From assembly GCA_905331295.1 (NCBI GenBank), contig CAJNYD010000256.1:124001-145977 (forward strand): 21,977 bases of DNA, in the 5' to 3' direction. Shown one piece after another: positions 1 through 12,000 of the stretch. The DNA comes from Rotaria socialis. Lineage: Eukaryota. Each line of letters begins with the position of its first letter. Position 1 is the first letter of the stretch. Under the pieces are notes generated by a model. That model had not been told where the DNA came from. It did no database searches and saw only the letters and a list, made by a program, of their open reading frames with translations. The translations under genes and the position numbers were made by a program.

Positions 1-1
1 T

Positions 2-548
2 GTTCTTGTCTATTCAATAACATCTCAAGCAACATTCAATGATTTAGATGAGTTCTATAATCGAATCGTACAAATAAAAGACATTGAACTCCATGTATAG
101 TTAAAATACAAAAGAGTGATTGCATTGATTTCAGATTTGCTTTTTTTTTCTAGGGTCCACCACCATTGGTTCTTGTTGGAAATAAGAATGACTTAGACGA
201 AGAACGCGTTGTTCAACGGCAAGTTGGACAAGAATTAGCAAGAAGATGGAAATGCACGTTTCTTGAGGCATCAGCTAAACATCAACTAAATGTTAATGAA
301 GTAATGGAACCAAAAATTAAGTTTTATTTTCCGATAATGTTGTTTGCGTATATTTTTTTTAGATCTTCTATGATCTTGTTCGACAGATAAATAAAGCAGC
401 CAATAAACCAGGTGGTCGTCATCACCGAGACCCTACAGGAGGATATAAACCAACACGACCAGCACGGCCAGTTAACCCTAATCCACACGCTAATCCCCCA
501 CAAGGTGGAAAAAGAGGACACAAAAAGGAAAAATGTATTTTACTCTGA
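2..548 (+). CDS. Rap1: Ras-family small GTPase Rap1, 3' part (exons 2-94, 154-300, 363-548; 5' end outside window)
   Basis: Spliced translation [91 protein letters not shown]...KKEKCILL*. It contains the G4 NKxD and G5 SAK motifs, the Rap1-typical VYSIT..TFNDL and [10 protein letters not shown] segments, and a CaaX box (CILL). Introns 95-153 and 301-362 are phase-0 GT-AG; stop TGA at 546-548. Confidence 0.93.
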
Positions 549-755
549 ACTATATTTTCTCTTGAAACTTTTCATTTAAATTCAAAAAGTAAACACTTTT
601 TTTCTATAAATACTAGTAATAACTAATGAATGCTGCTATTCATAGTCTCTATTAATATAATCATTATTTTACATTGATCACTTGATTATATTAAGATAAA
701 TCGCGATCACTAGAGCAAAACTTATTATGGACTCAATAGTCTTGAATGCTTTCAT

Positions 756-761
756 AATAAA
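756..761 (+). promoter_or_regulatory. Candidate polyadenylation signal of Rap1
   Basis: AATAAA about 210 nt after the stop codon. The hexamer is common by chance in AT-rich DNA. Confidence 0.3.
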
Positions 762-807
762 AATTCAGTAGTATTATTAGAACTCTTATTCACCGAAACG
801 AACGTGG

Positions 808-2816
808 TCAATGCATAATCTGCTTAAAAATTTCTATTACTTCACTGTATTGGCTTAACATCATGTTTTCCCTATTCAACAAAAAAGTAATAGGGACACA
901 ATTGCCCTCAGCATGATCGCCATCTTTGAAATATTTACAGTGAAGGTTATATGTGAAATAATATGCAAGATTACGATTTTTCGCGACATTTTTTTTTCTT
1001 GAAAAATTCATCATTCTAGGCTAAGCAGATTATAGTCTATAGAAGATTCAACCATTGAAACAGAATAAACGAGTCAGATTTTAGCTTCCATGAAAGAGAT
1101 CACACATTATTTAGTACAGTCTGAATATCCGAAGGCTTGATAAGAATACCTACGTTTTGCAAAGAAATGTTTTCTATTAAAAAACTAATTCCATATGCGA
1201 TCTGAATCCCATTACTATATGTTTACTTCAAAGTTTAAGGTACGATTCTTACGATTACCGTAATGAATCTTTAACAGAACATATGATCAATACCTATTTT
1301 AAAAATCAGCTTTATTATTAGAAACCTTAAATAAAGTCTGTAGATGACAATTATTCATGAGTTTTTCGATTAGAATTACTTCTGAAACTTCATGTCAAAA
1401 GTAGCACTTCTTCTATAAGAGTAGTTAATGGTATCAACATTGTGCTGAGATCGTTGCTTGAATTTATTACTAGATGTATTCAGCAAAACAATCTGTCGTT
1501 ATAATACTGAAACTCTCAATTTAAATTCAATTAATCTTTTGGCACTTGCAATCCATCTTTAGCAGTTATAATTATTTGAAGTACTTGTGCCTAATAAAAT
1601 GATACTGAGTATATAAACTATCGTCAATAAGACCAGCAAGTATTTGTTACTGACAATCAAAAAGTGAACTGGTTTGTCATTGTTTTTTTCTAATAAAAAT
1701 GAGACTGAATTGTAGACAAAGATAGACAGTATTTTTCCTCATGACTGAAACTATGTATTTATGGTTGATTAAATCAAAATATTTCTATTAAAAATTTCGC
1801 GTGTTCAAGTCACTGTACACCGCCAAAACAGTTAATGGTTCGTTTATCGGTGAACTGAATATTAGTACAGAGCTTCTTAAATATCAGTGTAAATCGCCTG
1901 ATGACTCACACGTTTTTGTTTCTATCCCTGGAAACGTTCTATTCTACTATTGAAGTCATCAATGAAAATGTTCAAATATACTTGAATTAACAGTTCATTA
2001 TGAATCACACTCGTCTTTTAAAGCTTATGATCATAATTACTACCATATGAACATTGATGTTTTCAAAACTTTGCAGCACTATGGTATGTTTTTTTTGTCG
2101 TAAAGTGACATTCGTTCTTTCTTTTTTTGTTTCTCAAACGTAGTAGCGTTGAAGTAATCACTTGTGTTGATTCACTTTACCTGATTCTTCTCTTTTTTCT
2201 CTGCCCGAAGCACACATACATTCAATACAAAATTAAATGAATAACAAGTACAGCAGTGCATATTTTGTTTGGCACATTAAACCCGTCAAGATTCAATACT
2301 ATCTTGACTGTCTTACACGTTATGGCCTCCGTAACTAAAATAACAAACAAAACTGGAAATGGTGTGCAATTAAACAACTCTCAATTGGAAACTTTGATAA
2401 GTTCGATTTAGCATGAACGAGGAAACAATTCGCCATATGCTCAACCTTTTGATTGTCTCATCATAAACACTATGTGAATGAGGTCGTAATCGAAAATCCT
2501 CCCAGAGTTCTACTACTAGCAACGTATGAAATTGACATAAGTAGTTTGTTCTTTATGAACAAAATCAGTACAAAACAGCGATGTCCATCTATTTCATTCG
2601 ACACTCTTGTCGTTAAAACTTGCGACAATTTTATAGATTTCGTTCTAAATAATGTTGAAGTATTATTTGAAATTTTATCAAGAAAACCACGCGTAAGACT
2701 GCATGAACCTGAACTAGATTTTCGTCAGGTATTTTATAGTGTTTTCTAAAATTATCTTCACACATTTGTAACTCACAATTAGACGAAAGCTCGGATGATG
2801 TTGTGCTCTTTTGCAT
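808..2816 (-). pseudogene. Possible heavily decayed protein-coding remnant
   Basis: Broken reading fragments (ENLVQVHAVLRVVFL, NDKPVHFLIVSNKYLL, SDSFILFQWLNLL) loosely recall the N-terminal repeats of rotifer ADP-ribosyltransferase/TPR gene families. Many stops and frameshifts. Confidence 0.2.
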
Positions 2817-2943
2817 TTGGTGAAAATAAAATAAAAAATTTTCAGTTACTAATCATTGTATCCCAGTTTGGCCTGAAAAAATCTTAGAATCGACTAGACG
2901 AAACTTAGAGTGGCCTTACGATTTGAATGTGTACTTGAATCAA

Positions 2944-4732
2944 TTCGAAAAACAAATCAATCTATCCCCACGGAAAAATATTTAAGTAGATACCACTGTT
3001 AGACGCGGTTTTTTGATAATGACCGCGGTATGCTCTAACGAAACCACCATGTAGTTACCGCTGAAAGTCGCGGTTTGAAAAAAACTCGGTGATATGTAGA
3101 TTATTTGCGGTATTCGAGAACCACTATCTTTCGCGATATTATATCTTGCGACCTTGTTATGACGAATCGCGATCTCCATACATTATTTCCAAAGATATCA
3201 TTATTCAGAAGAATATAGTCTTAGTATATTCTAGGACTTTTTATGTAATTGTTGTCATAATGAGATATCACAACAATTTTGATACATATAGTCATGATTT
3301 GATACCCAGGTCAAAGCAACCGACCCGAGAAACGGCCGGTTCCCGCGATTTCACGGAAGCAGTATTCCGGATCGGAAAATCTACGGATTTTTCCTGCAAA
3401 TTCCGCCAAGCTCCAGTTGGTTCCCGCCGGAAAAATCCGCCCCGGAATCCTGCTTCCAGGGTCCGATGATATCCGGTGTTTTCCTACACGTTCCGGTGCG
3501 TTTCCAGTATATTTCTGGCCGGTTCCAAAGAAATCCGCTCATTTCCGGAGGCCGGAAACATCGTCCTGGGTAAAAAAATTCTGCTTGAATTTAAGTTCTG
3601 TTTTTTTTCTACTTGAGAAATGAAACAGGTTATAAGCTGATAATTTCAAAAATAGAAATATAACATTTTTTTTTATCAAACCTTAATAAACTTCATATCT
3701 ATATTCATTTTGTATGATAATATAAAATTAATTCTAAAAGTCGACTTACAGAGAAAATATTTTAGAATCACATCAGGCCTGAATAAACGTCATGTAAAGT
3801 TAAGATTATATTAAAATATTAGTCAAATTTTACTCAGATAAATATTTCTGATAGGATTCACAAGATAGTGGAAGTTCAGATGTAAAAATACACGCAACTT
3901 CATCATTTCAATTGATAAAATCGAAGTATATGTCAAATAGTAATCTCATCTGCGTTTTGACATATAGATTTGTATATATACTGAATTACAAGAGTACTTC
4001 AAATAATTAGACTTTTCAGTGCCACATGATACCACAATTTCTCAACTATAGATTCTGATGAATTTGTACTTTCCTCCAGAAAGAATTCTATTAAACTATA
4101 TTATGTTTCTACGTTAATAATCATGACTAATTATAAACCAATAAATTAGATTTTGCAAATTACACACAGTTCATCAGCAACATGAATCTATTAGGAAGTT
4201 TGATAAAATTATAAATAGCCTATAAATTACTAGTAATTTTAAGATTCTTATAAATTTGCTAGTAAACATAAGTCTGAGAAGATTTTTCACCACTGATCAG
4301 AGAGACTATCATATTTAATATTAGTATGAACATCGCCATATGGCTCAATGGAATTACTGGATTGCCATGGCACGGTAAGAAGTTCGAATCTAGCTAGAGG
4401 AAAATAATAATAAATAGATAGTGGTATTAAACGAGGTGACCGCGGTATTCAATCGCTGCATTGAGATCGAAGATATGTCGCGAACATGGAAAATGAAGGA
4501 TTACCGCATAGATGCCAGGTATAATATACCATCATATGAAGAATTAATTTTTTTTCAAAAATCGTTAATAACTGCAGTTTGAGGACACCGCGGTTTCGGG
4601 TGGTGTGAAAAAACACAATAAAAGGTCTGACTTTCGCGGTTCTTAATAACCGCTGAGAGTCGCAACTGGTAAACTGCCAATAACCTCGGTTTTGGTTGAA
4701 AAATTTTTTCGTGGATAGTTGAATTTTTTGAA
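2944..4732. mobile_element. Non-autonomous DNA transposon-like element with imperfect terminal inverted repeats and CpG-rich subterminal motifs
   Basis: Left TCAATCTATCCCCACGGAAAAATATTT (about 2957-2983) versus the reverse complement of the right end TCAACTATCCACGAAAAAATTTTT (about 4699-4722). Both ends carry clusters of ACCGCGGT/CGCGGTT/CCGCTGARAGTCGC motifs; the middle is AT-rich apart from a nested MITE. No clear TSD. Confidence 0.5.
3305..3570. mobile_element. 266-bp GC-rich MITE (TA TSD, CCCAGG termini) nested in the larger element
   Basis: TA|CCCAGGTCAAAGCAACCGACC ... GGCCGGAAACATCGTCCTGGG|TA: 6-bp perfect and about 21-bp imperfect TIR, TA on both sides, a sharp GC island, and many internal CCGG/TTCC/GGAA motifs. 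Confidence 0.75.
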
Positions 4733-5599
4733 ACATTAGCACATTATTTTTATCTTATATAGTGTCTGTTACATAACGACGACCACATGATATGATAATT
4801 AATATAAAATTATCATTGTCTGCATTTTCGAAAATATTAATCGTAAAATTGATATTGCATATCGAACATGGTGATAGATATAAAATAGAAATTGGAAGCT
4901 GAGAAAAACGTTAATCTAAGAAATATATTTCGGGCTATTCTATATAATTTACTTTCGACGATATATGTTTTTAAAGGTTTTAACATTTGAAGAGCAAATT
5001 TACTTCTTCGACACTACGATTTTCATAAGACTACGTAGATAGTCGCTTCGATTACAGAATTCGTCTGCTACAATATCTTTAATACCCTTCATCAGTTTAG
5101 ATATACCGTGAAAGTCGCATATTTTGGCACGTTTGATACCAATAATAGATCGTATAATGTTGCCAAATGATTCCGCCTAGTTAAAATAAAATGATAAGTG
5201 TTGAAATAAAAAGTAAAGTAAGTCACCTGGTGTTCCTATAATGTGAGCATTATCGAAGCATCTTCGTCAATTATCATAAGCCCCCTCTTAACACAGTATT
5301 TTCTTTTATATTTATTATAGTATGTTTTACATGCATCCATACTTGATATGACTGCCACAATATCTTAAAAAAACGTTAATTGATAATAGTACTTATAATC
5401 ACTTTTGCATAATGACTAAGGTATTCATACCACAAACTGTATTACTTGTTCGATGTGTGATTTCCTTGATTGGAATGAACTTAAAAACGATATCAGGATG
5501 AACTTCATCATTTTTTTTCCACATAAATATATTGTTGTGTCGGATCTCAACAATATTTGATACATATGTGTGAACGGATTGAAATTCTGTTTTCCTCGC

Positions 5600-7295
5600 A
5601 CTATACTAGCTGGGAAAATCTTTGATGTTTCAGCGCCAGATTCTTGACAGATATAGTCAGGATCTTGCAAGGATTCGCTATTTTTTCCTGAGAAAACGAC
5701 TAGATGCTGAAAGAAGTGTGTAGCCACGGAAATTTAGGATCCTGACAAGTTCACCATTGCTTTTCAAATCAAGATTGAGACAGGAAATCGATGATTCCTT
5801 AAAGAAATGTGTAGCCACAAAATTGTAGGATCCTTTCAGGATTTGACTGGGTCTTCTCGAAGATATTATCAAATTTCTTGACAAGATCTTTGTAGGATTT
5901 AACTAGATTTCATTGCGCATGTTATCAGTTTCTTGGTAGGATCTTTGCAGGATTTTCTAAATAGAATACAAGAGAAATGAACATATAGAGTATCGATCTC
6001 TAGACTTTCAGTTTACATACCGATCAGCTTAGCGAGTTGGACGTGCCATGTCATTCTTTATCACTTCAACGTTCAACATAGTAATTTCTGACTAATGTAA
6101 ACTTCTATTTGAATTTTATGTAGATAGAAATTATTTCAAAATAATTCTGAAAATACAATATCATTTTACACATTTATTTTAGTCGGTGAAATTTATTACT
6201 TTTTAAAAATTTCAATTCTATTTAAAAATACAGTTAGAATTTTTTATTTCAGTTATATTTAAAGATATACCTGGAGTTTTTAAAATTTTAATTTGATTGA
6301 AAACATACATTTGCAAATTTGTTTTTCGAACAACATCAAAACTATAAGCAGTGTTCTCGAAAATTTTGCTGTTGACTAAAATTAAAATTAAATATTTAAT
6401 GAAAACATTTTCCGATGCGTAAATTCCAATTAACACCCTAATTTAATGATTTTCAATTTTCTTTTCCTGATAGGATTAGAAACGAACTCCTTGCTATAGT
6501 TAGAATCTCAAAACAACTTTTATACAAACTTCAAAGTGATTTAGAATATTTTTTTCAAGATTGCTAGGAATCGTTCTTTTCGTTTACAAAAAGATCCAGA
6601 TCAAAATGAGGATAAAAATACCAGTAAATTCTTCAGTTGTCAGAATTATGTTGTGTTCTGAACAAAAAATACCATGACATATTGAAGAATCCTTCAATTT
6701 ATTTTTGTTAAGATTTTGCTCAACATTTTTATTGAAATTCTATTATGATCTATAGATTTCCAAATCTTGAAAGGATCATGATCTTAACCAAGCTAAAAAC
6801 GAGACGAAACTGTTTCACTCATTCTTGCTAGGTTCCTGATAGGAACCTGAAAATTAAATTTGAAATAGGCTATAGACACAAACCTGGAAAGATATTAACT
6901 GGCTATTTGTATTTTCTTATCAAGATCCTGATTGAAGCTCTCCGGGGTTAGTCAGTTTTGCATTGTGACTGTTCTTGTTATTTTCTTGTCAAGATCCTTG
7001 AATGATGTGGCTATCAATCTTAACAGGATGTTGATACAAAGATTTGGCTAGGCCCTGAAGAGAACCTGATAAAATCTTGGCAGAATCCTTTCTCAAAAAC
7101 TTGAGAGGATCCTTGATAGGTTCTTGAGTAAATCCTGATAGGATCCTGCATTCTCAGTTCAGAAAAATATCTGAGCAGGAACCTGAAGAAATCCTGACTA
7201 GGATCTTGTTTCACCTTGAAAAATCCTGGAAACAAGAATTACTAGGATTCGAAACAGGATCCTGAATACAACTTGACCAGATCCTTCCAGGGTTT
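5600..7295. mobile_element. Foldback-like non-autonomous element with AGGATC/GATCCT subterminal repeat arrays
   Basis: Dense (C)AGGATC(C/T)T motifs at 5600-5960 and 6550-7295. TAGCCAC-N8-AGGATCYTGACAAG at 5721-5749 recurs inverted at 6985-7013. Direct repeat AAAGAARTGTGTAGCCAC...TAGGATCCT at about 5710 and 5801. Exact termini uncertain. Confidence 0.5.
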
Positions 7296-8139
7296 CTCAA
7301 GGAATGAACAGAACTTAGACTAGGGTTGGATATGTAATAGGTCTATAAATAAAAGTATATTTGTTAATTTAATTTTTAAGTCTTTTACTCACTTTTCAAT
7401 TTCCAACGCTGTATAAAATCGTTCCGCATGATGGTCGAAGCCAACAGCTTGAATCTCACCGCTGCTATCAACCAAGCTCACATTAAAGACCTTCCCACTT
7501 CTATTCATATTTCAATATTCACGAATATAACTTTTATTCACTACGCGAGCTTTGACCATCCACCTATTAATATAAAATCTTATGTAAAAACCCAGATTCA
7601 AAAATTTCAACTGAAATAAACTTGTTTCACAACTGAAGTAGATTCCGAAATAGCTACTACATTATTATCTCCTGATTCGATTCAAATGAGCACAGTAAAT
7701 CATACGTTAAATGAATGAAGTATTAAGTACAGTAGCCTAGACTGTGATCGATTCTGATATTACTCTTTCGCATTATTTCAAAATAAAAATAAAATCTTTA
7801 ATTGTTATAATTTACTTACTTAGTTCGAAATAGATCAGGAGTATTGATATTACAAATTTTGGTTGCATTTATTTTAGGCTTTTTCAAGTACTACTCCAAT
7901 TGAACTTGCGTCGTCTGCTTGCCACTCGTCATTTGACGTTTTCTCAGCCAAACCAGATTTACTAACCGTTGAAAAACGTTGTTTTTTTGGAATGCCTTCA
8001 AATATGTCATAAAATATTTTTTGTGATATATTATTAAACAACTTAATGAAATAGCAGTTCGTTGAGTACTATCATGATTATCTGGAAATATACAAACAAA
8101 ATCAATGCTACCAAACAACTTAAATTGCTTTATTTCGTT

Positions 8140-8790
8140 TCAAATCCAGATAGCAGAGCGTATATGGCACGTAACGAGTGGAGCAGGATCGTCAATCTTT
8201 TCGCAACCGCTTAACACCACTGCTACATCACGAATAATCAAAATTACTCTAAAACAAAATGGATTCACATGCCAAAGTGTATGTTCCATTAAGGGTAAGT
8301 ACCGGTCACCCTTTACACCAGCATTGCAAACATCCACCTGATCAACACGAACGACCGAGTTATTCTTCAAAATGTCGTTTTTTACCAAATCAATCATATC
8401 AGCACCTAGCACACATGCTAAAGTAGTGGTAAGATAAAAAAAAATTACGCTCACAAACAGCAATTTCTTTCACAATATAATCAATGACTTACAGCTAAAA
8501 ACATTTCTACCGTCTGAGAGAATAAGTCGATAACGTTTGTCTGATGATGTATTTTCTGCTTCTTTACCTTTAATCAACCGAACATCCTAGATTACCCAAA
8601 AGCAATCTAATTTTTTTCAATTGACTCTACAAACATACCAGCACTTGAAGAATAGAAGAATATCGTTTTCTTCCCTTTTTGTATATTCCTATAAATAAAA
8701 ATGACTGTAAAATCATCGTTTAACAAAATTCAAACTCACATTGAGACCACCCATTGTGAACCTTGGAAAATGTTCATCCATCATTAACAT
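8140..8790 (-). pseudogene. Stand-alone RPA70 (RPA1) N-terminal OB-fold gene, 5 exons; probable frameshift in exon 2 unless an alternative acceptor is used
   Basis: Exons 8790-8740 (MLMMDEHFPRFTMGGLN), 8688-8639 (...SILQVL), 8586-8493 (DVRLIKGKEAENTSSDKRYRLILSDGRNVFS), 8417-8303 (CVLGADMIDLVKNDILKNNSVVRVDQVDVCNAGVKGDR), 8248-8140 (VILIIRDVAVVLSGCEKIDDPAPL...*). These match the RPA70N pattern PILQVL..RYRLxxSDG..Lx.N.V.R..RVxII..KIGNP. All introns are GT-AG, 51-75 nt. Confidence 0.75.
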
Positions 8791-9010
8791 GTAAAATCAA
8801 TTAATTATCTGCCGTTAAACATCAATATGTTTTTAAATATCTTGATCATAGAATATACTTCGAAAACAATACTTTTAACATATGTGATGAACAAAGGCAA
8901 AAATGAATAATCATATATACTTATTTTTGTATCTGAAGTAACTTCAACACAGAGAGAAAAAATGAAAGAACATTAGCAATGAATAAAGAATTTTCATCAA
9001 AAAATGCTTT

Positions 9011-12000
9011 TTATATGAAACGTATTTGAAATCTTGCTATTAGTAATCGTGTTCGACACAATCGTCTGGCAATAGGTGTGTTGAAGCTTGGCTCATTACA
9101 ATCATCCATTGAAGTCACACGTTTTTGTGACTTTTTCACTACACTTTCGACATCCTCATCGACACTATTGGGCTTTTTTGAGATCATAAGTTCTGATGCT
9201 GAATTACGAACGATGTGTTCGATTGTGTAACTACAGAGAATAGTTACATTCTTATAAATTCTTTTATATTATAAAATTGGTAAAATACAAACCAACATTT
9301 TCACTACCATTTGCATCAATAAGGATTTCTTCTCTCGAAGATCCTGCTAAGACATCGATATCTATATATGTATAATTGATAAAAAACATTGCAGTATTTT
9401 TATGCATAATTATATTTACCAGTCGATGGCTGACTCGTCTGATTCTCAAAATATTGATTACACTCTTCATTATTTGAACCATGACTATCAGATGATGCAT
9501 AGGAACCTACTAAACTTCTTTTTATTCGTAGTTACTTAATGCTTGTAATTGTTTCGAATTACCTGTGATTGACAAACAATCATGTGTACCTAAACTACTG
9601 AATTCGCCAACCATCATGTTCTCTGTTGATGAGAAACATGTCAATATCATCATGAACAATCAAAGATCGAACTTACCAGATGTCATTTACGTTTCTTCAT
9701 TTTCGACGAGATCACTATCAATCCCTCCACTCAACGGTGCTGTTGAATTTTCTATTTGTAGGCTATGTTCATAATCGATATTATTTAACACGCAATCTAT
9801 GAAAAACACTCATTCGAAATTTGAAATTGTGTGAAATCAAAGAAACTTAACTGTTCAATGGAATATCAAAATCATCCTGGATTGAATTGATATCATTCAC
9901 GCTTGTATCCGAAAATAGGCGTACTGAACTTGGTTGTTTCACAGTACCTAATTCGATAACATGAGTATTATTTAAGATGTGACAAATTATTTAAAAAAAA
10001 CAGTAAATGATATTAGAAAAAAATTCTATTGTCAAATTTATTCTATTTTACGAAACCATTACGAAGACTTTACTTTGGTGTAATGGTGTTAGATCCAAAT
10101 CTAATAATTTGTATTGTGGACGGTTAAGAACATTAAACACAGCCTGGGTAGGTGGATTTTTGCAAGAATATTTAATTTTCCGACAGCTATCAAAAATAGT
10201 TTGCATCGTAATAGACGGATTTTCTAACAATACCAAGTTATTTATAAATCTTTGACATTCAATGCTTGATATGTTTCGTTTTTATGTAAATAGTAACTGA
10301 TTTCGTGCCAATTCCTGTTGCACGATCTACTTTAAATAAAATTTGGTTGTTGACGAGCCTCTCACAAGTGTCTTGTTGTACAGCTGCACCATTTTTCAAC
10401 AATCGACATTCGTAAAGGGTTTTTAACGTGAACAAAACTGAATCAAAAAGCAATATGGCTTGCTCCATTTCAGATGATTTTTTACCAAATTTTTCTCGCT
10501 CTTTAACTTTCTTATCCATATGACTTATAATAGATAATGATTCAACTGGTTTATTTACAATTGACGAAAAGTTGAAACTTTCATTAGCAGGAGTTAACAT
10601 TAGCAACTTGTATTGTTCTAAGTTGCCAGATATGATGTCTATTGCACGTTCTACAACGTCAATGGATATATAAAAGCAACGATTGTTTGTAATATATGAA
10701 CCATAAAATTCGCAAAATAATGCTTTATATTTGGAAACAAATTCATTTGAAATTGAATTCTCTTCAAAGCAGCCATATCGTTCAATAAGTGCTTTAAAAA
10801 CACCTGATGTTAATTCAATAATTTGGCAGAGACCAGCTATACGGTGTACAGCATCAACTGATTTACCATATCGGCTAGCTAAATGATCATCCTGTTCTTC
10901 AATAGCTCCTAAAATATAATTATAGTTGAGGAAAACTTAAGATGTAATATATTTTCATAATGCTAGAGGCAATCAAGTTCTATTGAAAATTTTATCAAAA
11001 GAATGTCTCTTATATTCTCGTCATGTTTATTTAATGCTTATTGTACTCATTGGAATCAAACAATGCTTTTTATTGAATCAATTACTCACAATCTAATTGC
11101 TCTTGTAGGTATATTCATGTGATAATACTCAATTTCATTGGCACACTTCGCTACTCACACAAGTCAGTTCATAAACAAAAATGCGGAAAGTTAAAAAAAA
11201 TCAGGTAATAAATCTACTTATAACAGTGAGTTTAAAATTTGTTTGTTTTCTAATGATTAACGTAGGAATGCTATTTCACTTTTCCAAACTATAGAAACAA
11301 AATAGAATAAAATGATATTCTATATGAAATGAAAAATTATACAGATAACTGTCAAGAGACCTAAAATCAAATTCATCATACATTACTATCAAACATGTTG
11401 TTTTATATAAATATTATATGATACTAAGTTTTTTGAAGATACATCATTCTACTATTTTTAAAAACATAACTGCTTTTGAATTTCTACTTACTAGAAAATT
11501 TTTTGTTTACAATGAGCTACATCTAAAATAAAAGTGAATTTTATTTTCGGTATGTATTACTACCTTTTCTTTTAATAAAGTTGCACCACTCGATCATTCT
11601 AATGTTTGAATCTTCATTGAAATACATCACAATGCATTCAAAGAAGCTCATCGTGACTGCAAATTGTTCTATAGTTGACCAATTTGAATAATTCCAATTT
11701 CGATGATTGATTTCAGTGTCTATAACATCACCAGATATAGCACCCAAAGTAAAAATCGCTCATATAAAGCGTCAGCGAGTGTATTTTGAGCTCGTCTTGT
11801 TATTACCTGTTGAATTATTTCACCAGTTAGCCCAGCCTAAAAATTTAAAAAATTCTATTTTAGAGCAATATTGTTTAACTTACCAAGATGTTCAGTTTTG
11901 AATTGCTGACTTCCACAATAGAATTTTAATTTCTTTCAATATTGATCTGGATTATCATACAAATTGATCAATTGAGCTCGATAATCGTCAAAACGAAGTG

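Noticed and set aside
324..521. Minus-strand 65-aa ORF
   Set aside because: Antisense shadow of the last Rap1 exon.
3089..3623. ORFs of 126 and 68 aa
   Set aside because: They run through the GC-rich MITE, where stops are rare, and show no protein motifs.
5700..5850. CRISPR-like repeat-spacer pattern
   Set aside because: Only two imperfect copies, eukaryotic context, and no cas genes.
5425..7235. ORFs with repeated QDP/RIL peptides
   Set aside because: These are translation by-products of the AGGATC repeat array.
7321..7411. TAGGGTTGGA / TCCAACGCTG possible mini hAT TIR pair
   Set aside because: Only 8/10 match and no TSD.
8105..11901. Plus-strand ORFs at 8105, 9565, 10007 and 11707
   Set aside because: Antisense to the better-supported spliced minus-strand genes.
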